A DNA stretch of 56,504 bases, the filler included, from Ionaspis alba (lineage: Eukaryota), in assembly GCA_964255285.1 (NCBI GenBank). It is 3 parts of 3 records of this genome, joined end to end, with 100 filler letters (N's around TTAATTAATTAA, not from the genome) between each part and the next. Parts side by side here need not be neighbours in the genome. Positions count along the whole stretch, not along the records: positions 37,784 to 56,504 come from CAXUUL010000283.1; 2 more parts are not named here. One strand, 5' to 3'. Both the position numbers and the translations under genes were made by a program. Of this stretch, positions 37,784-49,100 are shown piece after piece (the first letter of the stretch is position 1; every line of letters starts with the position of its first letter). The notes under the pieces are model-generated. The model worked only from the letters and a program-made list of their open reading frames with translations, was not told the DNA's origin and searched no databases.

Positions 37784-38895
37784 TAGATGACCTCCGTCGG
37801 TTCCCTCTACTTATACAGTACTTGGTCATAACATCACGAAGGAATATACGGTGCAACTCTGATCCCATCTTTTGGATATCATAGCTTAGAAGAGATAGAC
37901 GAGACTGAAAGCCTTGCCAACTCGAGTAAGAATGCGGCGAAATGATGATGCGAAACAACAGAGTTGGAGTAAGATCTAGCCTCCGGCTGATGGATGGATG
38001 AATGAAACAATCATGCAGATGTTGGCACGATAGCCTCAAGGGAGCCTGCGCCTCTTTCCCAACGCCACGAAACAGATTGCAAGAGATACTTGGTAGGCAA
38101 TGTTGTTCTTTTCTTCTTTTTTTGGCGATGAAACAAGGTGAGGTGATAAGCAGCATTGGATACAGAATGTGGAAACCGGCCTCACTCAGCGATAGCAATT
38201 CGACAGTATCATTGTATAAATCGCAGTCGTTCGTGATGTTGTGGGATCCAGCAGATGGGGCAGAAGCGACTTAGTTTGGTGTTGGACCTCGTTGGCCTCG
38301 CCACAGCTAAGACTTCCAAGCGAGTTCGAGGATCTCGTCTGATCGGGTAAACGTCAGCCATAGAAGTGAGCGAAACTCAACAAGGTATTCTATCAACTCG
38401 ACCATGAGTTATTCCTGTCCATTGGTGGGGAGGATGTTCGGCATGTGTCTAGGTGTTCTCAGCTCCTTTATAAACTATGGCTGATGTTAGTGAACGCTTT
38501 TCTGAATGAATACACCATTCTGCGTTGATTCTGATTCCTCTCATCGTCTGCTTGTTACTCTCACGTACTCAGCCCTCTTTTTGATCGCCAGGCCCCTCCG
38601 GGCGTTCCCAGAGCTTGCTGTGTTGTGTTGTAATGCAATTCCAGGTCTTGATACGTCCGACCAAATTTCGTCAACGAGGCAATGCTATCCTTGGGCTTTG
38701 GATATACTGGCCTGGATCATGTTGAGAGCCGAACCTGATGAAATCATTGAGTTTGGATGTTATTTGAGGTAGGGAATGAATTTGAAGAATCGTCATCATT
38801 ATTAAGACAAGATTTCTTCTACATACTCCGCCTCGGAAACCCAATTCAGCCAAGTTCCACCCCAATCTACGCCCTGAACCCGCAACAATCAGTAT

Positions 38896-39501
38896 CTAGC
38901 ATCCTTTTCCCTTGGGATTCTTTTTACAGTATTGCTTGCTCAAATAGCCTTGGACCTCTTTGTTCGAACAAGGAGCCATTTGTTTAGCTCGTGCCTGGCT
39001 GCATCCCGCTGCAGCGAACATGCCGATCATGTCGTTGCAGTCGCCCGACGGGTTTGATGCTCTTTGACAATCATTCCATGCTGTTCTAAGTCAGCGATGC
39101 GTGTTGGCGTTGATGATGGTTGGTGAATGAATCATACCCTTTGTGCCACCTGCGCTTAAGCCTGGGGGCGCTGGCTCAATTCCGCCGCCGTTCGTCCCCG
39201 GAACATCTTGGTCGTGGCCTTTCTTGTCCTTGCCTTTCTTTCCGCCTTTACCCCCGCCTGACTTAGCGCCACCTCCACCTCCCTTGCCTCCTCCACCGCC
39301 TCCGCCGCCTTTGGCGAGTGCAATACGCTTGGCAAGATGGTCAATGTGAGGTGGTTCAAACTTGCTGATCAAAGCTTGACGAGAATAAGGCATGAGATCA
39401 CGGAACTCGAAAGCAAAGACTTGCGAATCATGCTGTACGGAATTAGCGGCAGAAAGAGTCAATGCTCCGAGTGATAGAAGTGCGAGGAATGAGAAGTGCA
39501 T
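38896..39501 (-). CDS. Small secreted protein: pro-region, KR site, Gly/Lys-rich linker, 6-Cys C-terminal domain (~182 aa)
   Basis: Exons 39501-39138 and 39080-38896; intron GTATGA...GCTGAC...AACAG. Exon 2 is not in the ORF track and reads AWNDCQRASNPSGDCNDMIGMFAAAGCSQARAKQMAPCSNKEVQGYLSKQYCKKNPKGKGC*. Confidence 0.78.
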
Positions 39502-40545
39502 GATGAAGAATCAAAGATCCGGGAAGAGATTGAAACGAATTTATGAAATGCCCAAAGTATATCAAGCCTGTTGATAGTGGAGCGTCGGGAGGAAGGAGTA
39601 TTTGCTAAAGAAGAGCTCCAAAAATGCCCGGTCTAGTCTTATAATATACAGAAGCACCTCGTTTGAAGGCATCCTCGTACATCAAACAGATACGTCTGCT
39701 TGGACATACAACGCAACATTAACCTAGTCAATATGCAGGCTGGTTTTCGCCACGAACATAGCTGCCAGGCTCGCTCGGTATCATGGACGAATACATCCGT
39801 GGGCTCGAAACGACTAAGTTGGAGAGGACGAAACAATCGGCTGATGGAGCGGCCGCACCCGAAGCCCTACAGTCCCTAAAGATATGGTAGTTTGTATGGT
39901 AGAATATCTCTCGCATGCAACTTGACTGTTGTATCGTGTTGCATCACATCCAGAAGGAGTGCAGGAAACACCGTGTAGGTAACAGATGATGGAATAATTA
40001 AGACGAGCAACAAAGTGTTCCATGAAGAGGGGGAGAGCGCCAAGCCCTGTTGGCGCCTGTTGGCTGGTCTGTTGTCGTCGAGGGGAATAGTCGCATGGAC
40101 GATTACCAAAGAATCTTCATTCTTCGATGGGGAAGGTCGAATCATCTGGCCCGGAACACCTTATTGAGAATATCGAAGCACTGGAGGAGGCCCTTGTGAG
40201 CTCGGTAGAAGGTCCGTTCGCTTTGACGGTTAGCATGAAGGATCACTAACGAGTCCATTTGAGCGCAATTGTCACTCATTCCGTGCCGTTTCTGCAGATT
40301 ATCCGCACTCAATTAAACGCACCTTGGTTATCATGGTAGAGAACCCGCCTCAGCAGGCAGCAGTCGGAAGGGAATTGTAACAGTCTCCGAGTCCCGCAGT
40401 ATCTCGCTCTTTGTGCTGGAAAGAAGTGTATAAAGCTCGATTCTATGTACCTCGAGTTCTCCATGTGGATTCCTTAGTGTCTCTGCTTCCATCTTCATCC
40501 GGAATAAATTACTCCTGACTCTGTTGATATATTCGAGCAAACTCA

Positions 40546-41262
40546 ATGGCTCCTCAAACACCCTTTCCAAGCACTCCAATTGGAGGCATTATTCTGCCAG
40601 CCACTTCCCTCACCAAAGCTGCTCTCAGCTACGTTCAGGAACACACATCTAGCATGACAACCAACCACGTGACTCGTAGCGCCTTCTTCGCTCTCATCCT
40701 CCGCAAGAAGAATCCAGCATTCTCCGATGTCGACGAAGAAACCCTCGTCTTGTCAACCTTGCTTCATGATATGGCATGGGCAACCACGCCCGAGTTCATC
40801 TCAAAGGACAAGCGCTTCGAAGTCGACAGCGCCAATCTCGCAAGGGACTTTCTCAAAGCCAAGTCTGAGGCTCACAGATGGACCGACGCTCAACTCCAAC
40901 TCGTTTGGGATGCCATCGCCCTGCACACGACACCCTCAATTGCAATGTACAAGGAGCCGACAGTTGCTGCTACGGCCGGCGGCATCATGGCGGACTTCTT
41001 CGGACCGCATTTCCCGGGTGGAGCAATCACGGTCGAAGAGTACAAAAAGATTCTAAAGACATATCCCAGATATGATATGTTCAAGGAGGTGAATGAGATC
41101 TTTTGTGGAATCTGCAGGGATAAGCCGGAAACGACTTATGATAACTTTGTGGCCGACTTTGGCATTCGAGGTGTGGAGGGATATAAGCAGAAGTGGGAGG
41201 AACATCGTAGGATTGACGTGCTGGAGAGCAGTTTGAAGGCTTGTGAAGAGTTCGAAGAATAA
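40546..41262 (+). CDS. HD-domain metal-dependent hydrolase (cyanamide hydratase/Ddi2-Ddi3-related superfamily)
   Basis: Intronless 238 aa. TNHVTRS, LLHDMAW (HD), KRFEVDSA, VWDAIALHT, ADF, CRDKPETTYDNFV; TATAAA about 115 nt upstream. Confidence 0.85.
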   Translation: MAPQTPFPSTPIGGIILPATSLTKAALSYVQEHTSSMTTNHVTRSAFFALILRKKNPAFSDVDEETLVLSTLLHDMAWATTPEFISKDKRFEVDSANLARDFLKAKSEAHRWTDAQLQLVWDAIALHTTPSIAMYKEPTVAATAGGIMADFFGPHFPGGAITVEEYKKILKTYPRYDMFKEVNEIFCGICRDKPETTYDNFVADFGIRGVEGYKQKWEEHRRIDVLESSLKACEEFEE

Positions 41263-41796
41263 AGGGAGGAAGGCACAAGGTAAGAGGGTCTTCGTTGGTA
41301 GTAAGAAGGGTGAGGAGGAGAATGGGATGCCCAAGAGGGCGGTGACGTTGATGCGGAGTGTTGCTGCATACAATATCTGGGTGAAATCAAATCTACAAGA
41401 TTGGGGACTCCAAGAAGAATGCAATATAGGACGAAGCCATATCTTTGAGCTCCGCATACGTTCAGTCCAAGATCTCACATATTTGACCTCCATACAATTC
41501 TGCGAAGCAGTTGGCGTCCTAATATTCTGGATGTAGAGTAGCAGTGCATGCAATTTCTCTGTCGAAACAATGGAACGTCACACAAGATCTAGAACACTTA
41601 CGCACGGAACAACCAGACGGAGAGCAAACGTTGCACCAGTCCGAGGATCCAGCAATTAAGCTATACAGATTCTCCGGCACAATACGAGTCGGAGATGACC
41701 AACCCGTACCGGATATTAGCGTGGCAGGATTAGTTAATCCCCGTGTTGTGAGCGACCCGTGGGTCTTTTTAGCGGTCATCCTTCGGGGTTTCGCAC

Positions 41797-41919
41797 CAAA
41801 TATTGTTTACAGACGGCTCCGCTACCGTTAAGTTATTACAGTAGTCTGCAAAAGCAGACTGAACGCTGCTAACAAATATTGTTTAGAGACGGCTCTGCTA
41901 CCGTCAACTCATTACTGTA
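41797..41919. repeat. Diverged 47-bp direct repeat (period 76) with a perfect small hairpin between the copies
   Basis: caaatattgtttacagacggctccgctaccgttaagttattacagta versus caaatattgtttagagacggctctgctaccgtcaactcattactgta; AGTCTGC-AAAA-GCAGACT at 41843-41860. Confidence 0.75.
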
Positions 41920-42320
41920 AGCAGATCTGAGCCTCATCCGGGCTTACCTTTGCTAAGAGCCACGAGCCTCCTCCTTGAAGAGAGGAAAAATGTTGTTAGG
42001 GTCCCAAGTCCTAACGTTTCGCCATATCCAACTCGATTATCAATTCATGGCGTGGTCTACCGCCTCAATCAACTGCTTTCACTTCGGATTTTCTGAAGTC
42101 TCCAAAATGGCAAAGCCTTCTTTTGAATCTACTGACGACTGCAGAAGCAACTATAAGAGCAGCTCGCAGTCCTCGAGAATTCAATCCTCATTAGCATCTT
42201 ATTCCATGGTCCACAATAAAGAATCAAACCCTATTCAGATCCGTCACAGTCCTTTATCAACCACAAATTCACCATCAATAACATTCCTCCACCAACCACT
42301 ATCCTGTTTCTTTCTTCACA

Positions 42321-42585
42321 ATGCAGCTCACCAAGCTCTTCCTCATCTCCGCCCTCACAATAGCCGTCAGCGCCTACGGCAGTGGCAACGAAGCCCAAGG
42401 CCTGTACGCACGCGAAGCCTCCTTCGACAACGACGACCATTACCTCCATGAGCGCGAAGCCTTTGACAACGACGACCATTACCTCCATGAGCGCGAAGCC
42501 TTTGACAACGACGACCATTATCTCCATGCTCGCGAAGCCTCCTTCGACAACGACGACCATTACCTCCATGCGCGCGACGCCGTCC
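42321..42585 (+). CDS. Secreted tandem-repeat peptide precursor (KEP-like), 3' end lost in the gap
   Basis: Signal peptide MQLTKLFLISALTIAVSA followed by four REA(S)FDNDDHYLH(E/A) units; runs into Ns. Confidence 0.85.
42411..42572 (+). repeat. Coding tandem repeat with 42/39/39/42-bp units
   Basis: Units start at 42411, 42453, 42492 and 42531, each beginning cgcgaagcc. Confidence 0.95.
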
Positions 42586-43743
42586 NNNNNNNNNNNNNNN
42601 NNNNNNNNNNNNNNNNNNNNNNNNNNNNNNNNNNNNNNNNNNNNNNNNNNNNNNNNNNNNNNNNNNNNNNNNNNNNNNNNNNNNNAAAAGCGGAAATGCC
42701 GTTGTACAATTGCTGCATCACATGTCGATACAGTCATAGACTTGCTCTGGCAAATTTGGTGGATCAGGGGGATAGAGCTCGGGTAGAATTTGGAGAGTAG
42801 GAATACATCTGGGCAATTGTCGTATAGTGTATCAATACAATCATGTTGTTCTGACATCGTAAAACGCGTTGAGGAGGATGACGCTGAAGCATCATGTGCC
42901 ATGTTTTGATCAGTGACCTCATTCTGGAGTGCACTGAAAGAATTCGAGATAGATGGTGAGGTGTAATTACTGAGGAAAGTATTAAAACCTTCCGGACTAA
43001 GCCTAATCCGGGTATAACTCATCCGAATGCTACTCCCGTTTTCCACCCTTCGACAGCACCCGTTTATAGACGAATCAAACGTGCTAGTTTTGGCGCTGTA
43101 TAGATAATGAACGCCAAGCTCTTCACCTGAGAGGTTCATACAGTCATCAATCCTTTGACAGCAACGCTGCGCTACTGGCCAAGCAAAAGAACAAGAACAT
43201 TCCGAGGTTATCCACGTAGACCGACTCAATGTTCAGTATACGAGCTGCATCTCAAGTCGGCCACTAAAAGTCGGTGACGGCAAATGTAACACCCTGTGGT
43301 CTGGGGCGCTCTCTGGTACGGGACCAAAACGGTACATACCTACCGTTGTCAATACGAAAGATGCAGCCACCGCTAGGACAGACCTAGCCAGTGTCGACTT
43401 CGGTCCTCCTCCAGAGAAGCAGGATAGTAATACTTCGGTCAACTACAACATGGCTCTCTTGGCTCTTGAGCCCAGTGATCCTGAGCCGTCTTTGGCTTCG
43501 ATCTGAACAGTCGGATACGAGTCTGACCTCGAGTTGCGCAATTAATAGTTCTCTGTCTCTCCAGCTGAGCAGCCATGCCAGCACCCAGTGGTGGGGAATC
43601 GGCTTATAAATAGGCAAAAGAAGTCCTTGAATCAGATCTCATTCTCATCTACATCCATTGAAACATCAAACCCTTTGCGGTCAAAGACCTTTCACATCCT
43701 ACTCGTTCAATCCAACGCCCACTACAAATTCTCACAGAAGAAG

Positions 43744-44334
43744 ATGCATTCCCTCTCCCTAGGAGCAGCTTTCCTGGCCAGCGCCCTCCTGACCTCCGCC
43801 CTTCCAACTGGCACGGACTCCCTAGTCCCGCGCGCCTGCGCTACGGAATACCCGTCCCTTCACAACCACATCATGGACGTCTACCCCGACCGCTCTGACA
43901 CCGAAAACTTCTTCGACGTCAACTACGGCTACGTCGTCGAAGGCAAAAAATACCGCTCCGACCAGCTCGTCCGCTTCGACAACATCCCGGGCGGCAGCTA
44001 CGGCTGCCAACTCGAGCTCGTATTCCCAGCTGGGCAGGAGATCTTCTTGACGGGCAAGACGAAGGTCAATGTGTTTACGGTTGATCGGGATGCGACTGCC
44101 ACGGACACCTGGGGAAATTCGCCGCAGAAAGTCAGTTTGTTTGGGACTGTGGATTTCAATCTGGTTCCGAATCAGCCGTTCAAGAGAGTGATCAATTCGG
44201 CGGTTTGTAAACCGTCAATGTCGTTCCGGTTTTCGTTGGAGAGTACTACGGACTTGGGGGAAGTGCTGTATTATCCTAGGCAGGATGGGCCGGGGAAGCC
44301 GGGCGTTGGGCTGAGGATTACGCACAATTGTTGA
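43744..44334 (+). CDS. Secreted But2 C-terminal-domain-like protein (196 aa)
   Basis: Signal peptide plus LVPR pro-site. FDNIPGGSYGCQLELVFP, LFGTV, VINSAVC and terminal ITHNC are typical of this fungal family. Confidence 0.72.
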   Translation: MHSLSLGAAFLASALLTSALPTGTDSLVPRACATEYPSLHNHIMDVYPDRSDTENFFDVNYGYVVEGKKYRSDQLVRFDNIPGGSYGCQLELVFPAGQEIFLTGKTKVNVFTVDRDATATDTWGNSPQKVSLFGTVDFNLVPNQPFKRVINSAVCKPSMSFRFSLESTTDLGEVLYYPRQDGPGKPGVGLRITHNC

Positions 44335-46173
44335 TTGAGTGATCTAAGGACGAAATGTTCGTGGTCTGAACGATATGGTGGAGTTGCAGCGAGGTGTAGA
44401 TGGGATACTCTCTTTTATTAGGTGGTGACTTTACAATGTACGAGACCTGCAAGCAGATGTTTAATTTAAACATTAGTAAACATTCGATATGCTCAGATTC
44501 TATGACGCTAATATAGCACGTGAACCTTCTGCCAGTGTTCACGTGGGCTCCGGAGATACGTCCGAGCTCAGATGGTATTTCATGAGAACTGTCGTTCTTC
44601 ACTTTACCATATCACAACATCCTGGGTCGCTAAGCACCATAATAGACTGTTTATCCCAGACAGCTTGAAATCAAATACATTTTACATCCTTGAGCCTCAT
44701 GGATATCCGCCATCATATCGCATTTCACATTTTGTTTCGATCTTCAGAGAACTCTTAGTGACATATAAAAGAAAGCCTAGCGATGATGGTTCGGTTCCAG
44801 GTCGACCGCATGGCTCGGGCCGCCGAATGGCAGCAAAAACAGTTCGTTTCCCAGAACCCGCTCCGCCTCTTGAGATTCGTGCATGACTTGAGTACGACGC
44901 CGACTCTGGGCACCAGATATGTTGTCGAAAACCAATTCTGGCAAGCCATACGCGTCATCGGTACCTGGGCCTATTTCGGCCGGGGATCTTAGTGGGGAGC
45001 AAGTAGCGCTGCAAGAAAAACATGGATAGGAGAAAGTGTGGCTTTTACGCTCAGCGGCAGAACCCGCAAAGGCTGCGGCTCTGTCGCTGGCAGTGGCGTA
45101 TAGGGTTTGACTGATGCGCTCATGAGGGTTTCGTTCATGTTCAAAAGGAAGAAACACTCTTGATCTCTGGGACAATTGCACGATATACCATGATGCTCCT
45201 CGTGATATATCAGACTCATACACAAAGGAACAGGAGACATGGTACCATTCATGCAGCCGTAATGCACCAACAAGATGTACATGCACTCCCATTGAATGGG
45301 ACCAATCGAAGAATTTGTGGTAAAACAACGCCGTCCGAAAACCACGAGTCGTCCTGCATCTACAGAAATCAAAGAGGCTCCTCCGGCAATCGATGTGTAA
45401 TAGAATCACTCGAACGGGGCGTCGCAACAAATGTCTGGCCAGGACGATTTGAGGCGCAACCATCTCGGCAGTACAATTACCGCAGCTAAGCAGACTGTAC
45501 CCACACGACGACGCACGTTCTACTCAGACTTGCCAAAATACCGTCGTCCTCATTCGTCATCCATGATTTGGATTCTTCTTTCCTATTCGATGTGCTGTTG
45601 TTCTACCCATGTACCTTACGGGACCCACTACCGTCGACCTAATGCACTTTTCAATATGCGCTCAGTCGCTCCAAACCATTCTTGCTCAACTACCCATGCC
45701 TATATCATAGATTCGACGCCTTTTTGGGAATTCCATATTCTAGATCGAGTAAAGATCATATCCTTCACCCTGGTCAAGATCTGAGATCTTGCTCCGACGA
45801 CGTAGGTTCGCCATCCTACCGCAAAGCCGATGGAGGTCTCCGTCCTTCCTTATACAACCAATGCCAAAAATCAACCCTATTCTGCCAATCTATCGGTCTC
45901 AGCTGGCCATAATGGATGGCTCCTACCGGAGTTCTGTTATACACGCTTCTATAGCGTCGCTGCAACGAGGGTTTCTCTCATTGCTGGTTGCCAAGTACCC
46001 ATATTGTTGCCCTGAAAACAGAGTTTTCCGGCTTTCTCTTAGTCTGTGTCCTCCGTTTACTGCCATGGCCTTCAAATCATGACGTCTCCCACGCTGGAGG
46101 TTCTATATCTCTTCTTTTGTGACATGTTTTCTGTCCTCGAGTGTTTTCATCGTTGCCCGTTGTCCTCTAAGTC

Positions 46174-49100
46174 ATGGACGTTCAGAATGTGGCCATACCA
46201 GCGGGGCTGTTACAAGCTCGCGGGAGCGTTGTTGCTGAAGAGGATGTATCAGCACCGCAGCAAACAGCAACACCGACTGAAACTTACGATGCGGTCCACG
46301 CTGCTGTTACCAGAGCAAGTGCTCTCTCCGTCACACTCGGTGGGAGGGGGCGAAATCGGGCGACTAGCTACCAGACCATTGCCAATAGACTCCCCATCAT
46401 CGGCGCAAATCAAACCTTCCATCCTATATCCGAAGAGGTAGATCCTCTTGAGGGTGGTGGAGGAACAACACTACTCCAACGAGCAACAACCGTTAACCTC
46501 GGAGGTCTAGCACGAAGTAGAGCCTTAGGACGTCCCGATCGATCGAATGCCAACCTTCAGAACCGGACACCACTCGATACCAGGTCTCGGAACCCCACGC
46601 ACAGAAACTCGACGGCGGGCATGACGATGGACAACTCCCTCCTCTTCCAAAGCCTGAACAACTTCAACTTCTCTAATCAAGCTGGCATCAAGAGACCTCC
46701 ACCTCTTTTCATTGCCCGAACAACCTCTTTGAAGACAGTAGACTCGGAGCCTCGATCCCCAGGTCCTGCTTCCCTATCCAGCAGCACCAGACCAGTACCT
46801 AATCGCGAAATATCCGGCAGATCGGGGCTGTCCCGTCATTCAGCCATCTCAATGCAGACGATCCTGCGCCGTGCCAGCGTGCTCGTCGGTGATGCGGTGC
46901 AAGGTGTAGCTGACGCGGTGACAGATACCGTCCAGACGGTTGGGAATGCTGTGAGGAGGACTTCCCTCTATGAGACGTACAATGGATATTATAAAAAGGC
47001 GCAGATTAGACAGGAGAAGCTTAAGCGCAGCAAGGTCACTATGGTTGCGTTTCGGTATACGTTTTATTTATTCTTGCTGGCTTTGCTGTATTTTCTGATG
47101 ATTGGATTCCCTCTCTGGACGGGATTGGTGCTGGAGATTTATTATTTGCTAAGTAGGAGTTTGGTTATTCCTGGGGGTTTTGCAATTTTTATTGGGGTCG
47201 CTTTTTTGTGAGTCCTCTTGGCGGCGCAGTCAGGTCTCAGGATTAGAAGAGTATGCTAATGGCAAATCCAGGTACGCTTTCCTGCCTCTGCTCGTGAACT
47301 TCGAGAAATCCGCACCAGAGATTGTACTCGATAATCCGGAGGCTGGTCCCAGACGGACGGACACGGCGTTGTTGATTCCGTGCTATAAGTCGGAGAATCT
47401 TATTGGTGCGACACTGGAAGCTGCGCTGAAGATTTTTCCGGCGGAGAGCATTTTTGTGAGTGCTTCCATGTTTTTCATTTCACAACATTAGGGAAGCGAT
47501 GGTTGCGGGTGATCTCAGAAGAAGACTAGTGGCAAGCAAAGCCTAACGACGATTGTATGCTGTGGGAGTCCGATGAGTGATGCTTCCATGCAAGCAATTG
47601 TGGTTCTCGTATCCCGATGAACTTCTACCGGAACATGACTGATTCAGTTCACATGTGATAGGTTATCGCAAATGGCAATTCTCAAACACCACTTGATAAC
47701 ACCGCTGCGGTCTGCGAGAAATACAATGTCTCCCATACTTGGTCTCCTATGGGCTCGAAAATCATCGCGCAGTTCGTTGGTTGCTTCGTTGCAAAGGACT
47801 ACCCGAACGTTTTGCTCATCGATGACGATTGCCTCTTACCACCAAACTTCCCTATCGTGACCGACAGGATCAGAGGAAGGGTCAAAGTGGTGGGATACAC
47901 AATCAAAAGCACAGGTCCGAATAGCAGCAAAGGTACCTTGTGTCAGCAGGTATGCGCCGATTCACCCCAAATCCTCGAGCGAAAGTTGACGAATTGCTTT
48001 AGGCTCAAGACATCGAATACAAGCTCTCGGGCCTCCAACGAATCTTCTCCGGCATTATCGGCAGCGCCACCTTCCCTCACGGCGCAATCTCTGTCTGGGA
48101 TCGTGAATTCCTCGTTCAGACCTTCCAGCAACACCCCGGCTTCTCGGTCAGTGAAGACTGGTTCTTTGGCCACGTTGCGCGGCAGCTAGGCTCTCGCATT
48201 GTTATGTGTTCCTCCGTCTTCGTCGAGACCGAAACTCCAAGCGCAGTCTTCTCCTCTTCTGGAGGCGCCAGAGGAGGCTTTGGGGAAATGACGGTCTGGA
48301 AGCAGAGGTTCTTCCGGTGGAACTTTTTCTTCGTGAACGGTATCTATTATGATATGTATTATATTCTTTTCAATTGGAGGTTGGGATTTTGGGAACTTGG
48401 AGCCAAGATCTTTGTTTTCCAGGAGGTTTATGAAACGGTTTTGTATCTGCTTGCGCCGTTGGTGCTACCGATTTCTTTTGTGGTGAGGCCAACGTTTTGC
48501 GCGTATTTGTTTGTGGGCACTTTTGTTATGTATTTCGTTAATGCTATTATCTTCAACTTCGTAAGCATACCTCTTTCCCAGATGGATTTACTGAGAGCTA
48601 ATCATAAACTTTTTCAGGTTCATCTTCGATCTCGAAAGGAAAATGTTAGCCTAATCGCACTCCTGTACTACATGCCTTACAAGGTAGTTCTTACCTTCGT
48701 CAACATTCTCTCCTGCTATCACAGCATCATCGAGTATGCGAAATACTTCTCCAAACGCCACCCCAAAGTCATCGAAGACGATAAAGCCGTCGAGATCATC
48801 CTCCGACTTGAGGAAGAAAAAGTACCGCCAACCACAATCATGCCCACCACTTCGGACCCAAGATCTTCCTACAGCTCCGTACAGCCGGCGAGAAGATTCA
48901 CAATCACAGCGGTAGGCACGCGCCTAGCCGCCATCCATCAAGACACGCCCCTCGAGATCGACGAAAAGGATTTCGCCGATATTCCACTCACAAGCGTTCT
49001 ACCGACCCAGCAACCCATCCACCGTACCTCTGGCGCCACCGCTGCCGGTGCTCTCGTCGGCGTCCAAGACTTCGCTCTCGCCCGTACCCAGTCTCCATCT

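Noticed and set aside
42411..42572. Regular repeat array resembling CRISPR
   Set aside because: No unique spacers; the units are in-frame coding repeats in a eukaryotic gene.
42686..43229. About 180 open codons on the minus strand (part of the 332-aa ORF-track entry)
   Set aside because: No recognisable domain, non-ATG start, and the listed length is inflated by reading through Ns and antisense to the repeat gene.
44777..45463. 228-aa minus-strand ORF and overlapping short ORFs upstream of GT2
   Set aside because: No recognisable motifs or coding-like composition. A decayed gene cannot be excluded.
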